A stretch of DNA of 64,000 nucleotides from Ascidiella aspersa (Eukaryota), in the NCBI GenBank assembly GCA_963924565.1, contig OZ004612.1, positions 23,560,001 through 23,624,000 of the forward strand. The letters are read 5' to 3'. Below the pieces are notes generated by a model. It was given only the letters and a program-made list of their open reading frames with translations. It ran no database searches and was not told the DNA's origin. Positions 1 to 13,100 of the stretch are shown here, piece by piece; position 1 is the first letter of the stretch; the number at the start of each line of letters is the position of its first letter. A program made the position numbers and the translations under genes.

Positions 1-3000
1 GCCTGAAGTTCTTGTTCAGAAAGGTGTAGAGAAATGGATTTAGGGCCGAGTTGGCGTAAAGCAGCAAAGTCGAAACCGTTCGAAGCGTCACGCAGCCGCC
101 ACTCTATAGATGTAACAGATTTTGGGGCTCAACCGTAGATAAACATAGAACACACAAAACTATTAACTTAGTGCAACTCTTCTTGCCCTCTGAGTCGGCG
201 TAGGTCAGTCGGTAGTAGAACAATGGTCGAGGTTGTAGGTTCAAGCAAATGGTCGCGGTCGGGAGTTTAAATCTCACCAGTGACGTACGTTTTAGCGGAC
301 AATGCCTTATTTGCCAAGCTTGCCAATATATCCTTATTGACAAGCCGATTTTGCTACTCACCCTAACTTGACGATGCGATGTTTTATTTTATGATACCAA
401 ATTTGCAAATTTGAGAATTCAATAGTCGTATACCAAGGCTTTTAACCAAACTAGCCACAAGAACAAGATTTTAATAGTGACTTTGCCAAATTACACTTTT
501 GAATTCTTGTTTTGATTTGAATGTTCAAATATTTTCCGGAAATAGTTCAAAAAAATATATACCTCATAGCCAGAGCGCGTTTAGCCTATAAATAATAAGC
601 AATTTTTGACAGCTAAACAAGCGACATTTTGAATGAAAATTCCCAAACATTAATGTAGTTTTCTTGTACAACCCCTCATAACCCCTCTTAGTGATGTGTT
701 TAAGTTTGGTGATGTCAAATGGACAATATTCCATCAGATATAGGCTATACCCTTACATTTTTTTTAGCTGTCCTAATAAAAAAAAACTACTTCAACAGTT
801 TAGCCCACGGCCAGAAACAACATTCCCTAATGCGGTACAAAGTTACATTTTGTGTTTGGCTTGCGTGCCGTTGTTGACAGGGCTGCGGAGTACGACTCAG
901 GACTCGAGTAAAACCACGTAAAAGTACCCGAGTCCCGGCGTGGGAATGCGCAGTACCAAAACTTAAAACGATAAGGCCGCCACCTGTAAATTTTAAAGGT
1001 AATAGCACATATGGTGTACATGCTGTAGAGTCAGGGTTGAACCCGGGACTCGACGAAATCGCACATTTAGACGGAATCGGACTCGGGACTCGGTAGTCGG
1101 ACTCGCCTTTTATTTTATTGGCCAGATTCGGGCTCGGGAGTTGGACTCCGGGTATTTTTAGCCGACTCCGCAGACCTATAGTCGCTGGCAATACTGGTGG
1201 TTATATAGATGCCTATATAGCAAGGATTAACGCCAAACTTTTGTTTACCCAAGGGCCGAGTATTTTGTACCGTACCTGAAGGTGAAGTCCCCAGATAGTA
1301 TCCAAGTTCTTAACGTGGTAGGGCAGAAGCAGAAGAAAGAAACTGCTGACCAAAGCGCCGCACATCATCGTAACCCTCTTGCTTTGCTTCAGCTGTTTCG
1401 ATGCCTTTTGTTCGTCGCTTTTGGACGCGTGTTTTTGGGGGTTCCTATTGCTGGAAATTCGTCTTATGATCAGACCGTAGCATAAAATCATAATCTGCAG
1501 GAAAAATTTGGAGCCTGGTGTAACAGTTTAAAATGTACTGGTGAATAAATCAGTGGCGTTTCTATACAGTGATATCGTGTATACCAGGGGTGGGCAAACT
1601 GCGGCTCATCGGCATGTTTTTTGTCGCTCTTCTAGTCGAATCTTAAAAATCCCAAAAAATTCTATAAGCTACCGAGAGTACCGTTTATGAACGTTTCTCT
1701 CTTTCTGTTTTCTTTATTTGGGCCAGCATTTCATTTACGCCGTAACGCTAGACATAGAATCCGAAGAGTTAGTTAACAAAAGACTGCTATTGATAAACAT
1801 TGTGCGTGTTATTTTATCATTACCGTTATTATTATTGTGTTAATTATTACCGTTTTGTTATATTACAACTCTGTTATTATTGCTGAACTTGCATTATTTA
1901 CCCTGTTTTATTGAAATAATTTTGTGGCTCTCTGTTACTTGTATTTTCTGCAAATGGCTCTTCCATTGAATACATTTGCCCACCCCTGGTGTATACCTTT
2001 TGATTAAAAGAATGCACACTCACCGAGAACGGAATCAAATGCATCACGACGAAAGACGTTATGAGGAATGCCTTATACGAGAGTGGATACTGGTCAGCAC
2101 AGGAAACGGTGTCTTGTTGGTCGTTTAGTGCATCCCAATAACTGGAACTTTTAAACAACTTACCATCACGAGAAAGGCAGTAAATAGTTTAAGTCATTCA
2201 ACTTACTTGTCATAATAGTCGGTAATATTGCTGTCATAATTGTATACCTCGTCGGTAGTATTGCTGTCATAAATTTCGCTAGCGATATAGGTTGGTTGTT
2301 CATCGGAAGTATAAGGAAAGTTGTAGCTGAATTAAAAATTTAAATGGTTGTAACTTTTTGTTGTTGTTATATTTACCAAACCCTTTCTTTCGAAATTCAC
2401 CTGAGTTTCTTTTTCAAACCTTCTCTGAAAACAAATTTTAAATGTAAGCCTGCAATTAGACGAAGAAACAGCGTTTGTGTACTGAATAGTCATTAGAAGT
2501 CATTAGAAACGACCAAAACAACTGAAGGCTAAGCGGTGGTCTTCGAACATTTTTATAGATTATCGCAAATTTAAAACATAAAAAATATTCGCACCACACT
2601 TTTATCTTTAAGCTTGATAATCGTCGTAAATATAAGACAAGGCAAAGTAAATAGATTAATGTTGTAATTTTTTTGAAGGATAGTGTGTAATCAAGTCTTG
2701 TGTGTTTGTCATACAAATATTATTTTCCCAAATTAAAAATATGATTTCGCCCCACTTAAAAACTGTTTAGAGCGATCCTAGGCGAAATACGGCCCGTCAA
2801 GCATTTTAATCTGGCCCGCTGTTTATTTTCCCTAAAACATTTTTTATTTAATCCGCCAATTTGACAACGTTTGCTTTTCTATTCCCGCGAACTTTTCTAA
2901 GAAGACGTTTACTATGATCGTATACATACCTGAATCTTACTGGGGTTGGATACAGACATGCCGCCCCAATCTCTTTTTTCTCTGTTTTACCCAAGGCTGC

Positions 3001-6000
3001 GGAGGCGAAGGCGGAGTCGGACTCGGGACTCGAGTAAGAGGATACGAAAAACTACCCGAGTCCCGAGTTTGACGTGCGCGTGCGCATTTTCAAATTTTAT
3101 AACTGTAAATTGTAAAGGTGCAATACCATATACGCTAATTTTTAATTCCTTTTTCGTGTTTCGCCCGATTTATGCTGTCTTGGCAATATTCCCTTTGAAT
3201 CGTAAATAGCACACCTGCAACTCAAAACAAGTTAAATGCATTGTACTTTTAAATGTGCTTCAAGCCAACGTTTTAGGTGTTTTTTGTCAAACTCTGCTGT
3301 TGGGTCAATGGCCAACACAACTAGATAAATTCCAATATATCGAGCATGCGCGTATTTGTTTTTGCGCTTGATGCGTCAAATTCGTGTGCTCACTGAGTTA
3401 AATCTAAATTAATGTTTTCGCGATTTGCTCGACGCCCTGCCGACTTTCTTTAATTTAGATTTCAGTTGCATAATGGCGCTCACCTCGCTACGAAATAGTG
3501 GGTTTTTTAAGCAATGTTGTTTAGCGTCCCATTCTCGCTTAAGTCGTGTCATTTTTCAAAATGTGTTTCAAACAAACATCAATCAGGAATAACCTTTGAT
3601 TCTAACAAGCTTGGCAAAACTATATTTACTTTTTTCCTAAAAACATAACATTTTATAATGGTGTTTATTTGAAACTTATTGACCCGGTCCCCCATAACAC
3701 TTCCTTTTTTTCATGTGGCCCTCTATAAAAAGTGCCACGGCGCACAGTTTGGTAATATAATTATTAAATTAAATGCTAAAGCTATACGTCAATTTTCCAA
3801 AACGAAAGAGTCAAGGCGTTCTTACATGCATTGAGAGAACTCTGACAAAGTGCTGTACAACATAATCGGGATGCAGAAGAAGATACCGCTCGTCCATATT
3901 GCAACCGCGACCCAAACCGAGGTGCTTTTACCTCTAAGGCGCTGAAGAGTATTCGAAAAGGGCCAACACACAGCAATGTAGCGGTCCAGGCTCATGACCT
4001 ACTCGCAAACAAGCATTTGGTTAAGCTCCATATAATTGTTGTACAATGAATTAAGTCAATGACTTGACTTAAATGCACTTAAGTAACTGTTTTCAAATGA
4101 CTTGACTTGACTTAAGTCATTTGGAGTTTAGACAAGTGACTTGACAAATGACTTAAGTTGAAATTAAGTGTTTTCATTTACCATTTTGTTGTAAAATTGA
4201 GCTATTTATCGGAAGTTTTACACATAAAACGATTAGATTGCAATAGCAATGCAGCGTTCAATTGCAAGTTTAAGTAATGAGACAGTTTTCTTTTAAGACA
4301 TGTTTTATGATTTAAATTGTCTTCAATACAAGTATGACCTAAGCTAGTGGTCGGCAAATTTTTTGTCGGGTCCAACAAGCTCTTTCAAGAACTATAAAAT
4401 GCCCACTACGTAAAATGACGTCACAAAGTTATGTCATAAAACACTTTATTCTAAAAAATAGTTTATAGGTCTAGTCTCATTCAATAAAAATTACCCTTTG
4501 TTAAAGTCACACGGCGCAATTAAGATTCGATAGTATGCATAGCGTCTTTGGCCGATGTAATAAAGTAGATAGTTTTTTTTTTTGGGGGGGGGGGGGGTTA
4601 TTGCACGGTGACCCTATATAATGCAAGGATGAGCAAAAATAATAAATAAACTCTTAGCCACACCATTTTTAAACAGTACAGTGAATGCAATGACAAAACT
4701 GCAATGACAAGAATGCAATGCAAAAAAAATATAAAAATAGCCCGCGGCCCACTAAAACTTGCTCAAAGACCCACATTCGGCTTCAGCATTGGAACTAATA
4801 ACAGTTTTGTGTCAGTTGACATACAAAATATAGAGTTACTCATACCGCAAGGAACATCACAGAGGAGAAAAGGTTCAGGTGTTGCAGTGTCTCAACTGTT
4901 TTACAAGAGGAACTCGAGGAAATCCAACGACGATTGATTTTATTGGAAATTTGAAACGGAATCGTAGACAGGAATAAGGTATCAGCAACAGCCAAGTTCA
5001 AAATGTACCTATGCAAGATTGGAAAGCATATCTTCCACTTCAATGTACTTTGTAAACAAAATTAGTAATCGTTTTTACCTGCTTGGGGTCGGCAAACTTT
5101 TCAGCACGTTTTCGACGGGCCGTACTTAAAAAATTACCAATCATTTGTTTGTTAAAGCGTATGTGTTATAAACAGTATGATATAATAACTTTCAATCGGG
5201 CTTTTATAAACCACTTTACGTAAATAAAAAAAGTTTCATTAACATTTAAGAAAACTATAAGACGAGGCTTTGGCGCGAAGCGTAAAAAACGCGTTTAAAA
5301 AACAAAAACGTGTAAGGTTAATTGGCCCTCAGATTTTCTTAATTGGCCCTCATGTTTGTTTTAATAACCATTTTGTAAATCCGTTAAAGTTTTTTATTTT
5401 TATTTCGCTGACATTGCATATTTGAAAATATTAATGTTGCGAGGATCCATCGTCACAAAGAAAAGGTTGTAACACAAACACTTACGGGAAACCCCTTGAA
5501 TTTAATGATTTATCTGTTTTGTTTGTGTTATTTGATGGATTAGGGCCGCTATATTCTCGATGTCATGTCATAAAAAGCACGATAATATACATTTAAATAG
5601 ATTACGTTGGTGTAATCCATTTAAAACTTTTGGCGTCATTACAATTTGGCGCCATTTCTCCAGTATTTGCAGACTGTCGTCATTGTACGTTAGGGCAAGA
5701 TGCGCTTTTCAACGTGACCACTCCTTTGTGTGATTTAGCCTGCATCAGGTTGGCCGTTCTGAGTCTACAACAGAGGTCAGCAACCACGGCCCGCCAATGT
5801 AATTCATCCGGCCCGCCGCTTCATTGACAAACTATAGGCACGAGTCCATTTCAAATATATTTTGACTATTTTAACTATGTAAGTGCGAAACCTTTTCGCG
5901 AATGATCTTTGAACTTCCGGTTCGTTTACGTTTTAAGGCTGTCTATTGAACTAGATCAGCGCTTCTTTATCGCTGCGCTGTGGAAGGCTGTCAAGTGCGT

Positions 6001-6897
6001 CGCGGACAAACAGAAAACGTATTCAAAAATATTGGGCATATCATTTTAATTATTTTTGGCGACGTAACAAAAACTTGCAAAGAAATTTAAAAGAAATGCC
6101 AGAATACCAAAAAAAATTGCGCTTGCTTCGCTCGCCAGGTGCGCCCGGACACAAAATCAACACTGAATAAATATCAAGGTTATCGCGTTTTCTCAAAGTA
6201 CTTTTATTACACCTTTCATTAGAAGTACGGATGACGACGTGTGAACTCAAATTTTAAACAAAAAAACGCTTTTTTTCACGTTTGCGCTAAACTACCTTCT
6301 TAAATGTAATTAAACACGTTTTTAAGTGCCAAAACAGATCCGAGGCCCGCCTGATTAAAAGTTGCTCCAACATTTTATTAACACAATTCTTGCTAGCATT
6401 TTGTGCGGCATGAAGAGACCCTTCTGAATTTGGTTTTGGCCGCTACTAGAAAAAGGTGCCGACCCCTGGTCGACCGTTAAGGTTTTCAAATTTAAGAAAC
6501 ACATTAATAGGGCTATATTGACTAAAAATAACTCTTCGACTAACTGTTTACTCTTACCAGTTGGTAGTGTTCCTTTTAACTTCTCTCAACATCAACATAA
6601 CGACAATAACGATGGCATTTCCGACTAGGCCAATTGCACATATTGAACCGGCGACAGCAACCGTTAACCACGAATCCGAAAAAGTTGCAACTGAAAATAA
6701 AAAACTAAATCGTCCACGTTGAATTTTGCTAGTCAAGCCAATTTTCTTGGTAAGCAAATTTAAAGTTTTTGGTTGCACCTGGTTATTGGTAAATGTTTAA
6801 CAAATTTATATTAAAAAAACTCCGTTTATGTTTTACCTTGGAATTCGCCCGAACCGCTGTAATCAAGCCCAGATGATCCTTCTTGGACAGACGACAT
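1..6897 (-). CDS. Class A (rhodopsin-like) peptide GPCR, somatostatin/opioid/galanin-receptor-like; 3' end lies outside the window
   Basis: Exons (minus): 6897-6837 (ATG), 6690-6558, 5008-4846, 3998-3826, 2326-2207, 2147-2024, 1494-1276, 103-<1. All introns are GT-AG and phases join. Motifs: TM1 IGLVGN, TM2 YILNLAVAD, TM3 Cys then VMSLDRYIAVC, TM4 W, TM5 IP..IMILCY, TM6 FFLLLLPYH, TM7 YANSALNPFLY, helix 8 NFR. Confidence 0.9.
878..1178. mobile_element. MITE, CAGGGCTGCGGAG/GACTCGG family (related copies at ~2992-3130, ~24646-24745, ~45330-45729)
   Basis: Imperfect TIR cagggctgcggag / ctccgcagaccta and internal gactcggg/gagtcgga repeats. Homologous internal sequence is shared with the other copies. 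No clear TSD. Confidence 0.7.
1585..1988. mobile_element. hAT (Buster/Charlie-like) MITE
   Basis: TIR caggggtgggcaaa / tttgcccacccctg with exact 8-bp TSD GTGTATAC. Confidence 0.9.
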
Positions 6898-7212
6898 TGC
6901 GTGTTTTTAGAAATATCGAAGAAAATATCGACTTTTCAACGCTTTATAGCACAGTTTTCATTTGATTTTATGTAAATTAATTTCCGTTAATAGTGTTCGA
7001 TTTCCTTTTGTGCAAATTCGCCATCCGACCTGGAGTGACGTAAAGTCAATAGAGGTTTATTCTTGTCGCGTTTTTTACCTTATCTCCAGCGTTGTTAGTT
7101 CCTTGAATTTCAAGTAACTGGAATCCAAAACGGACAAAGCTGCAAAAATTTGCCGCCTGTTGGCGATATATGGTAATTCGGAAAACGTGTCGATAGGAAA
7201 CAGTGTGTTGTT

Positions 7213-8431
7213 CACTTAAGGTCCGTCCCCTATGGGTAAACAAAAACGTCCGACTCAAGACAGAAACGTTTTATTTAAAGCCACTTATCAATGCGGGAGT
7301 TTTTGACCACAATGATCTACTAAACGACTTGGGACACTATATGACCTATGACCAACTGGCAGTTAAGTACAAATTCCACCCAAACAATATAGATTTTAAA
7401 ACCTTTAGTAAAATGATCGCTGCTCTCCCACCCGAGTGGGACCACTCCACGGTAGGCTCCCCAGCCGATGCTAAGCTAATCACCACTTTAAGGCAAACAT
7501 TTTCAGGTACATAACTCATCAAAAGCTTTATACAATGAGATCAAAACATACACTACTGATCGTCCGCATAAAGAACAACGCAAGTGGGAACGGGATTTAA
7601 ATCTTGTACCGAACACAACTTCTTGGAAATACGCTACAGACAGGTTATATGAAAACACTCGTAAAGCCACAATTGAACTAAACTGCGATCCTTTCAAATT
7701 AAACTTAATCTTCGTGCGATTGTGACCAATGATGCGCTATTCTCTTTTGATATTACTGAAACCAACCGGTGTGTTTTTTGCAACTTAAATGTTAAAACAA
7801 TTTCTCATGTGTTTTTCCATTGCGAACATGTTGCAAAGTTTTGGGAAGAAGTCACTGGTTGGATTTCATCAAAACTTTTTATATCCCTTCAAACCACTCC
7901 AGTAATTGTTCTATTTGGTACTGTAAATGAAAATGATTTGCTAAACTGTGTACTGATTTGCGCTTGCTTTGTGATTTATCGTTGTAAATACGCCAAACTT
8001 GGCCTTCTTTAATGATGTTTAAGAACATGGTAAAAACAGTGAAAAAATCAGAATACCACATTGCGCTAGGAAATAAAAATCTTGGTGATTTTCTATGGGG
8101 CGCCGTTTGGAAAAAAACAAATACGCTTCTACGGACAACTTTTTTGTCCGATTTAGCTTAAATCGGACTGTAAATTTGTCCGATTTAAATTAAATCAGAC
8201 AAAATTTAAATCGGACAAATTTACAGTCCGATTTAAGCTAAATCGGACAAAAAAGTTGTCCGTAGAAGCGTATTTGTTTTTTTCCAAACGGCGCCCCATA
8301 ATTTTCAAGTTAAATGGGCCAGTCTTTAAACGTACACCTGTCGCTTCTTCTTAAGTGCTATCACTCTTTTATCTCTCGTGCGTCTTTTTCTTCCGCCGTG
8401 TAACTTACTCCAAAAAAAAGTCCCAAAAAAA
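7213..8431 (+). mobile_element. 5'-truncated, decayed non-LTR retrotransposon (L1/Tx1-like ORF2 C-terminus with CCHC zinc finger)
   Basis: Frameshifted ORF pieces: PLWVNKNV, RCVFCNLNVKTISHVFFHCEHVAKFW and the end LGDFQVKWASL*. A-rich 3' tail. 16-bp TSD GAAACAGTGTGTTGTT at 7197-7212 and 8432-8447. Confidence 0.88.
8094..8300. mobile_element. Foldback/palindromic MITE inserted into the LINE ORF
   Basis: Near-perfect ~95-bp inverted arms (tatggggcgccgtttgg... / ...ccaaacggcgccccata) with a 6-bp TSD ATTTTC. Removing the element restores the LINE codons GGT GAT TTT CAA GTT AAA TGG. Confidence 0.9.
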
Positions 8432-10167
8432 GAAACAGTGTGTTGTTACAATAGTTCGGCCTGGTCGCCCCGAATCCCATCGTTGACTATTAACATTGCT
8501 GTTACATGAGAGTCATATTTAAAATTGCGTTCAGATCTACGTTAGCTTCGCCAAAAACTCGTTCTGTATCATGACATTATATTTAAAACAGCGCTAAATA
8601 TAGAGTTGTTTTAACTCACCAATACAACAAAGTTGACTAATTATTATTCAACAAATCCTTTATCTTAAGTTTGTATGTTTCTTATAGTTAGCAATGTAAT
8701 TTTAATGCGGAAAAATAGGCGGTATAAAATCGATCATATTAACATGCCCTTTCCCCACCGCCCCAAGAAGTACCTATACTGGATTGTAGTTGATTGTTTC
8801 ATATAAACTTTCAAGAAGCGTATATAGCTGTTAATAATATAGATAACCTTACAAAACATCATTAGTTCGATAACCACGCACACCTATTAACGCTTTTAGA
8901 GTGTTGCATTTAACTCGTATATAGTATGGTTAAAATGATAAGTTCAGTGGAGTATGGAGATGTTTCCAATAAACGCCAATATTGATCCTAGATTTCATAC
9001 AACTACAGTGTTCTTGGCCGTATACTTATGATCTACGAATTAACTCAGTAGCAAATACCAACAACCATGGGTAAAAAACTCTCAGTGTTTTTCTATAGAT
9101 GCATTTTGCCAGTTAGAAAAAAAGGGCCAAGCCCTGAACCAACAAGATGTGCTGACTAACTGGCCAAAGTGCATAAAGTTGGTAAAGTTGCAGCACTGAC
9201 TATTTTAAACGAAAACAAACACAGGAACTCGGCCAATCGAGGTAAAATAATGGACAAAAAAAACAATTGCCAGCTCAGCGCTCTTTCGCGCTCAATTCAA
9301 ACAATAGGGCCTATAGTTGCTTTTCAACAATGCGACCGCAACGTAATTAATTAAAGGCCGAGCAAATTGTTCGCTGGGGAATTTGGATAAGCGACGACTT
9401 CCCCATATTGTTGCCGAGAGTGAGGCTGCATTATTACCCCGGTTGGGTTTCAAAACTTTCCACAATCAATATTGCCTCATGGGCGCAAAAGACTGATTGT
9501 CGGTCGCGGGCCGGTTTTTGGATACCTGAAAGGAACCTTGGCGATAATGGCAAGAAGATTTTGTTTTGTTTTTTAATTTGTTCACAAGTGAAAGGCGGTG
9601 ATATAATAAAAATCGCAATTTTTTTTTCGAAATAAAAAGCGAACAAAATATCCACATGAAAACAATAATACAACGGCAGTTTAGAAATAGAAAATGTGCT
9701 GCAACACAGGGACTTCAAATGCAGCGTTTAGAAAACACCAAAACGCCTTGTAGTGATACAGTATTTGCAGTGACGTAAAAACATGATATTACGCACAAGA
9801 AAATCCGTGCCTAAATGTTTGAAATTTTGTTGTAGAGAAAAATTAGTACAGTTTGGGTTCAGAGACTATAGAGTTACTAATAAAAATTATAAGACGTGCT
9901 TGTTTACAACTATCGGGACATTATGGTACAAGCCAACTATAATCTTGACTGCGTTTTACGAACAAAAGACCAATTGAGTTTTTTTACACCTTTAAGTCGA
10001 TCGATTTGCTTTTCCGGTACAATACTGTTTATGTTTTTACACAATATTAACGATAAAAAAATATACAGCGTGTGTCTGACTTGAATACGATAAACCAGGT
10101 AGGCTAACATCAGCAAGAATATTTCCGCAAAATAAAAAAGTGGATTCGGTTAAAATACAAATTTCCG

Positions 10168-13100
10168 CTAGACGCTGCTCGTGGGTATAACATGACCTGT
10201 GAAAAAAGAAAAGGTTTAAAAGCTAATCTTAACTGTGTAAGCCAATGCAGAGTTCATTAAGATCACACACGGCACTTCGAATATTAGTGTAACACGCGTA
10301 AAACAAGATTCCGTGTAATTATCTATATTACACTTTTCTCGGACAAAGAAAATGCGAGGTTTCGCTGGCTAAGGTTTGACAAGTAACAGGTACTTCATTT
10401 TTCTTAAGATACATGCGAACGTTTCATAAAAGACGCGCTCCAAACTGTTGCGGCGAATGTCAAGTGAATATGCAATTACCTTCATTTCGTTTCAGGCGAG
10501 AGCGATCGACAATGGAAAAGTAAGGGTTGAAAGCAGCATTGATGTAAGCCAGGAAAAACGTGTAGTCGTGTGAGCGTTCGTAGAAGATGCCCTTAAAAAG
10601 TTGCGAAGCATTAACGCTTTTCACAAAACGTAGAACTGTATACAGTACATTTATTTAGTTCGCAAATAATCAGGCTATATTATACCTAACCAGTGCTGTC
10701 AAGCAAGTATCTTAAAACTTTCAAGGGCCAGTTAATATGTAATAAGAAATCTTTTTTTTTTTTTCTGCAAACAAAAAAATCCAAATCTTCCTTAGTTTCC
10801 TACATTAGGTTTATTTGATGTACCGACACAAACAAAGTAGTACACTCTACTCCTAGGCTTAAGTGAGGTGTAGGCTATCCGGACGTAATAATTGTTTCTT
10901 TGGGCTACCATTAACACATAATCCGAAAATCAATTGAACATAAGTTCCTTTGGCAATAAGGTTTGCTTAAGGTATACGTTGGTTGGCTCTGAGAATATAT
11001 ATCAAGATTCTGGAAACTCCAAGAAAGTAAATTCGCAGATGTTGTGTTATTTTGAGTAAACAGTTTACACTGTTAACTGATTAACTGCACGATACTTGAA
11101 GGTTGCCAAAAAAGCAAAAAACAATGCGCAGGAAAAGCGAAAAGTTCTATTTTTAAAAGCACGACGGGAAAATGGCGGGCGCAACTGATGAATAAAAGAG
11201 TGCGAAGCGCTTTGGGCACAACAAGACTATTCATTAAAAATCCTTAATGAGTCAAACGCGGAAGGCGGCGCTTGCTGGGCAATTTGTTAAAGCGTTCCAA
11301 GTTTTCTGCGCATCGAAACTGCTGCAGTGACGATTGCAGCAAGCGGACGACTCCCTAAGTAATTCTGTTTAACGAACACGTAACAGCAAGTATAGGAAAC
11401 ACACAGTTGCTTTCCAGAATGAATTGCTCATTAAGGCAACCGCAGTTTGTGCTGTGCTTTGCAAACAAGGGTTTCGGAATATTTCAACGAACTGAGCGGG
11501 AATTTTCAGTTTCCCCCGTAAACGTACTAAGGATTTTTTAAAGCGTATTTTTCTTTTTATTGAAGTGGTGGCGTAATAATTACTATAGATCAACTAGTTG
11601 ACGTTCACCAATGAATCTGCGAACCACTTTTTGAGAATCTCTAAATACCGACACAACTAATAGTTTTTATTTTAGATTGGTCGCAAAAAGCTCAGACTTT
11701 TCTCTTGTTTGGTAAAATACTACGAATTAGGCGTTTGTGTTGCCCGTAATCAAGCACTTAATTATTAGGTTTGCGGTAATTAAACAAAATGTAAGGAATT
11801 ATAATATTTACTTACAATTGCCTCATTTGTTTTACGCAAGTATAGAATAGCCTAGCCCTATTTGTTTGCCTAGGCCAGGGTGGTTCAAGGTTGAGAGCAT
11901 TGCGGGCCACATAAAGCCGAGAATTAATCTCGCGGGCCACAAATGGTCCGCGGGCCTAGGTTTGGCCCACCCTGGCCTAGGCTATAAGGCGTTTCAATCA
12001 TACAGAAAAAGAAGATATTTTTTGCTATACTTTGTAGGTCAACTTTTAGTTTGCTTGAAGCCAGCTGTATTGCATATAAAAATACTAATTCAGATTTAAA
12101 ATCGAAATGCAAATAACGTAGCAAAATTAGAATCAAACTAGACGTGCTTTTTGTTTCGTTTTTTTTGGCTTTTTGTTTTCAACGCCAAAAAATGCGCATA
12201 GCAGTACTTTGTAATAACAAGTCGGAGTGGCCTCAAAACAGTTCACGAACTGTCACGGAAATCAGCACAACTATAGGCAAAAATAGCATACCTTCTGGTA
12301 GGCGTTGCGAAACTCTATCAGTTGAAAGACATGGAATGCGGAAAAGCAGATGAGCGCCCAGCCTGCAAGGCAAGCCGCAAAACGACCACTTCTTCCTTCT
12401 GACAACTGATCGTCAGATCGATCTCGAACTGAGAGCCCTTTGGCCATTTTCTTGTTTCCAGTACGAGTACGGCACAGTTTAAGACACTTCGCCGAGCAGC
12501 ATAAGGCAATCACCTGGGAAAAACAAGAAGATTACTTAAGAAAGGCATGTTTGTTCATCGAAAATGTGTGATCCCCGATGGTTTTTATTGTGCCAACAAT
12601 CACTAGCCTGAATAAATTTTCTGGTTACAATGTAACTTCGTTTTTGTAGTAATTAGAAAATGTATATGTGACTATTTAGGCTATCGCACACAAATGTGTA
12701 CGTATATAAACCTTGCATAAATTTAGCCCAACGACAAATTAATAAATATTATCCCCATCAATGTTATCCACCATAACATTGAGCCGGAGCCGTATTCAGT
12801 GCCATGGACCCTTAAACTGCTCTTCCAATCGAAATTGCCCCCAGTATGTTTTTAGTTAAGTTAGAAGCACAGAAACCACGTGGAAAGTTAGCGCGAGTAT
12901 AAAAAGCATTTTACAGAACTGTCATTTTACAATTTACAACCAGACGTTTGGGCTTCTGCTGGGCTGAAATTATAATTTTGTAAAAGGTTAAATCATGTCA
13001 AATTTTTAATTACGCCCATTGTGTGATACCTGTGATTTTTGGCAGGTATTTTATGGACCATCGATCTAATTAATCATTTTCTTGCGGAACCTCTGACGTT

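Noticed and set aside
4573-4598. Poly-T/poly-G run (also poly-A at ~41753-41776)
   Set aside because: Simple homopolymers with no supportable function.
9400-9720. Overlapping short ORFs between the two GPCR genes
   Set aside because: No recognisable domain and no coherent splice chain; likely 3' UTR or intergenic sequence.
11160-11365. GC-rich block with an acceptor-like site in an intron of the atypical GPCR
   Set aside because: All frames stop quickly and lack TM7. The 10591-10480 exon supplies TM7 in the correct phase.
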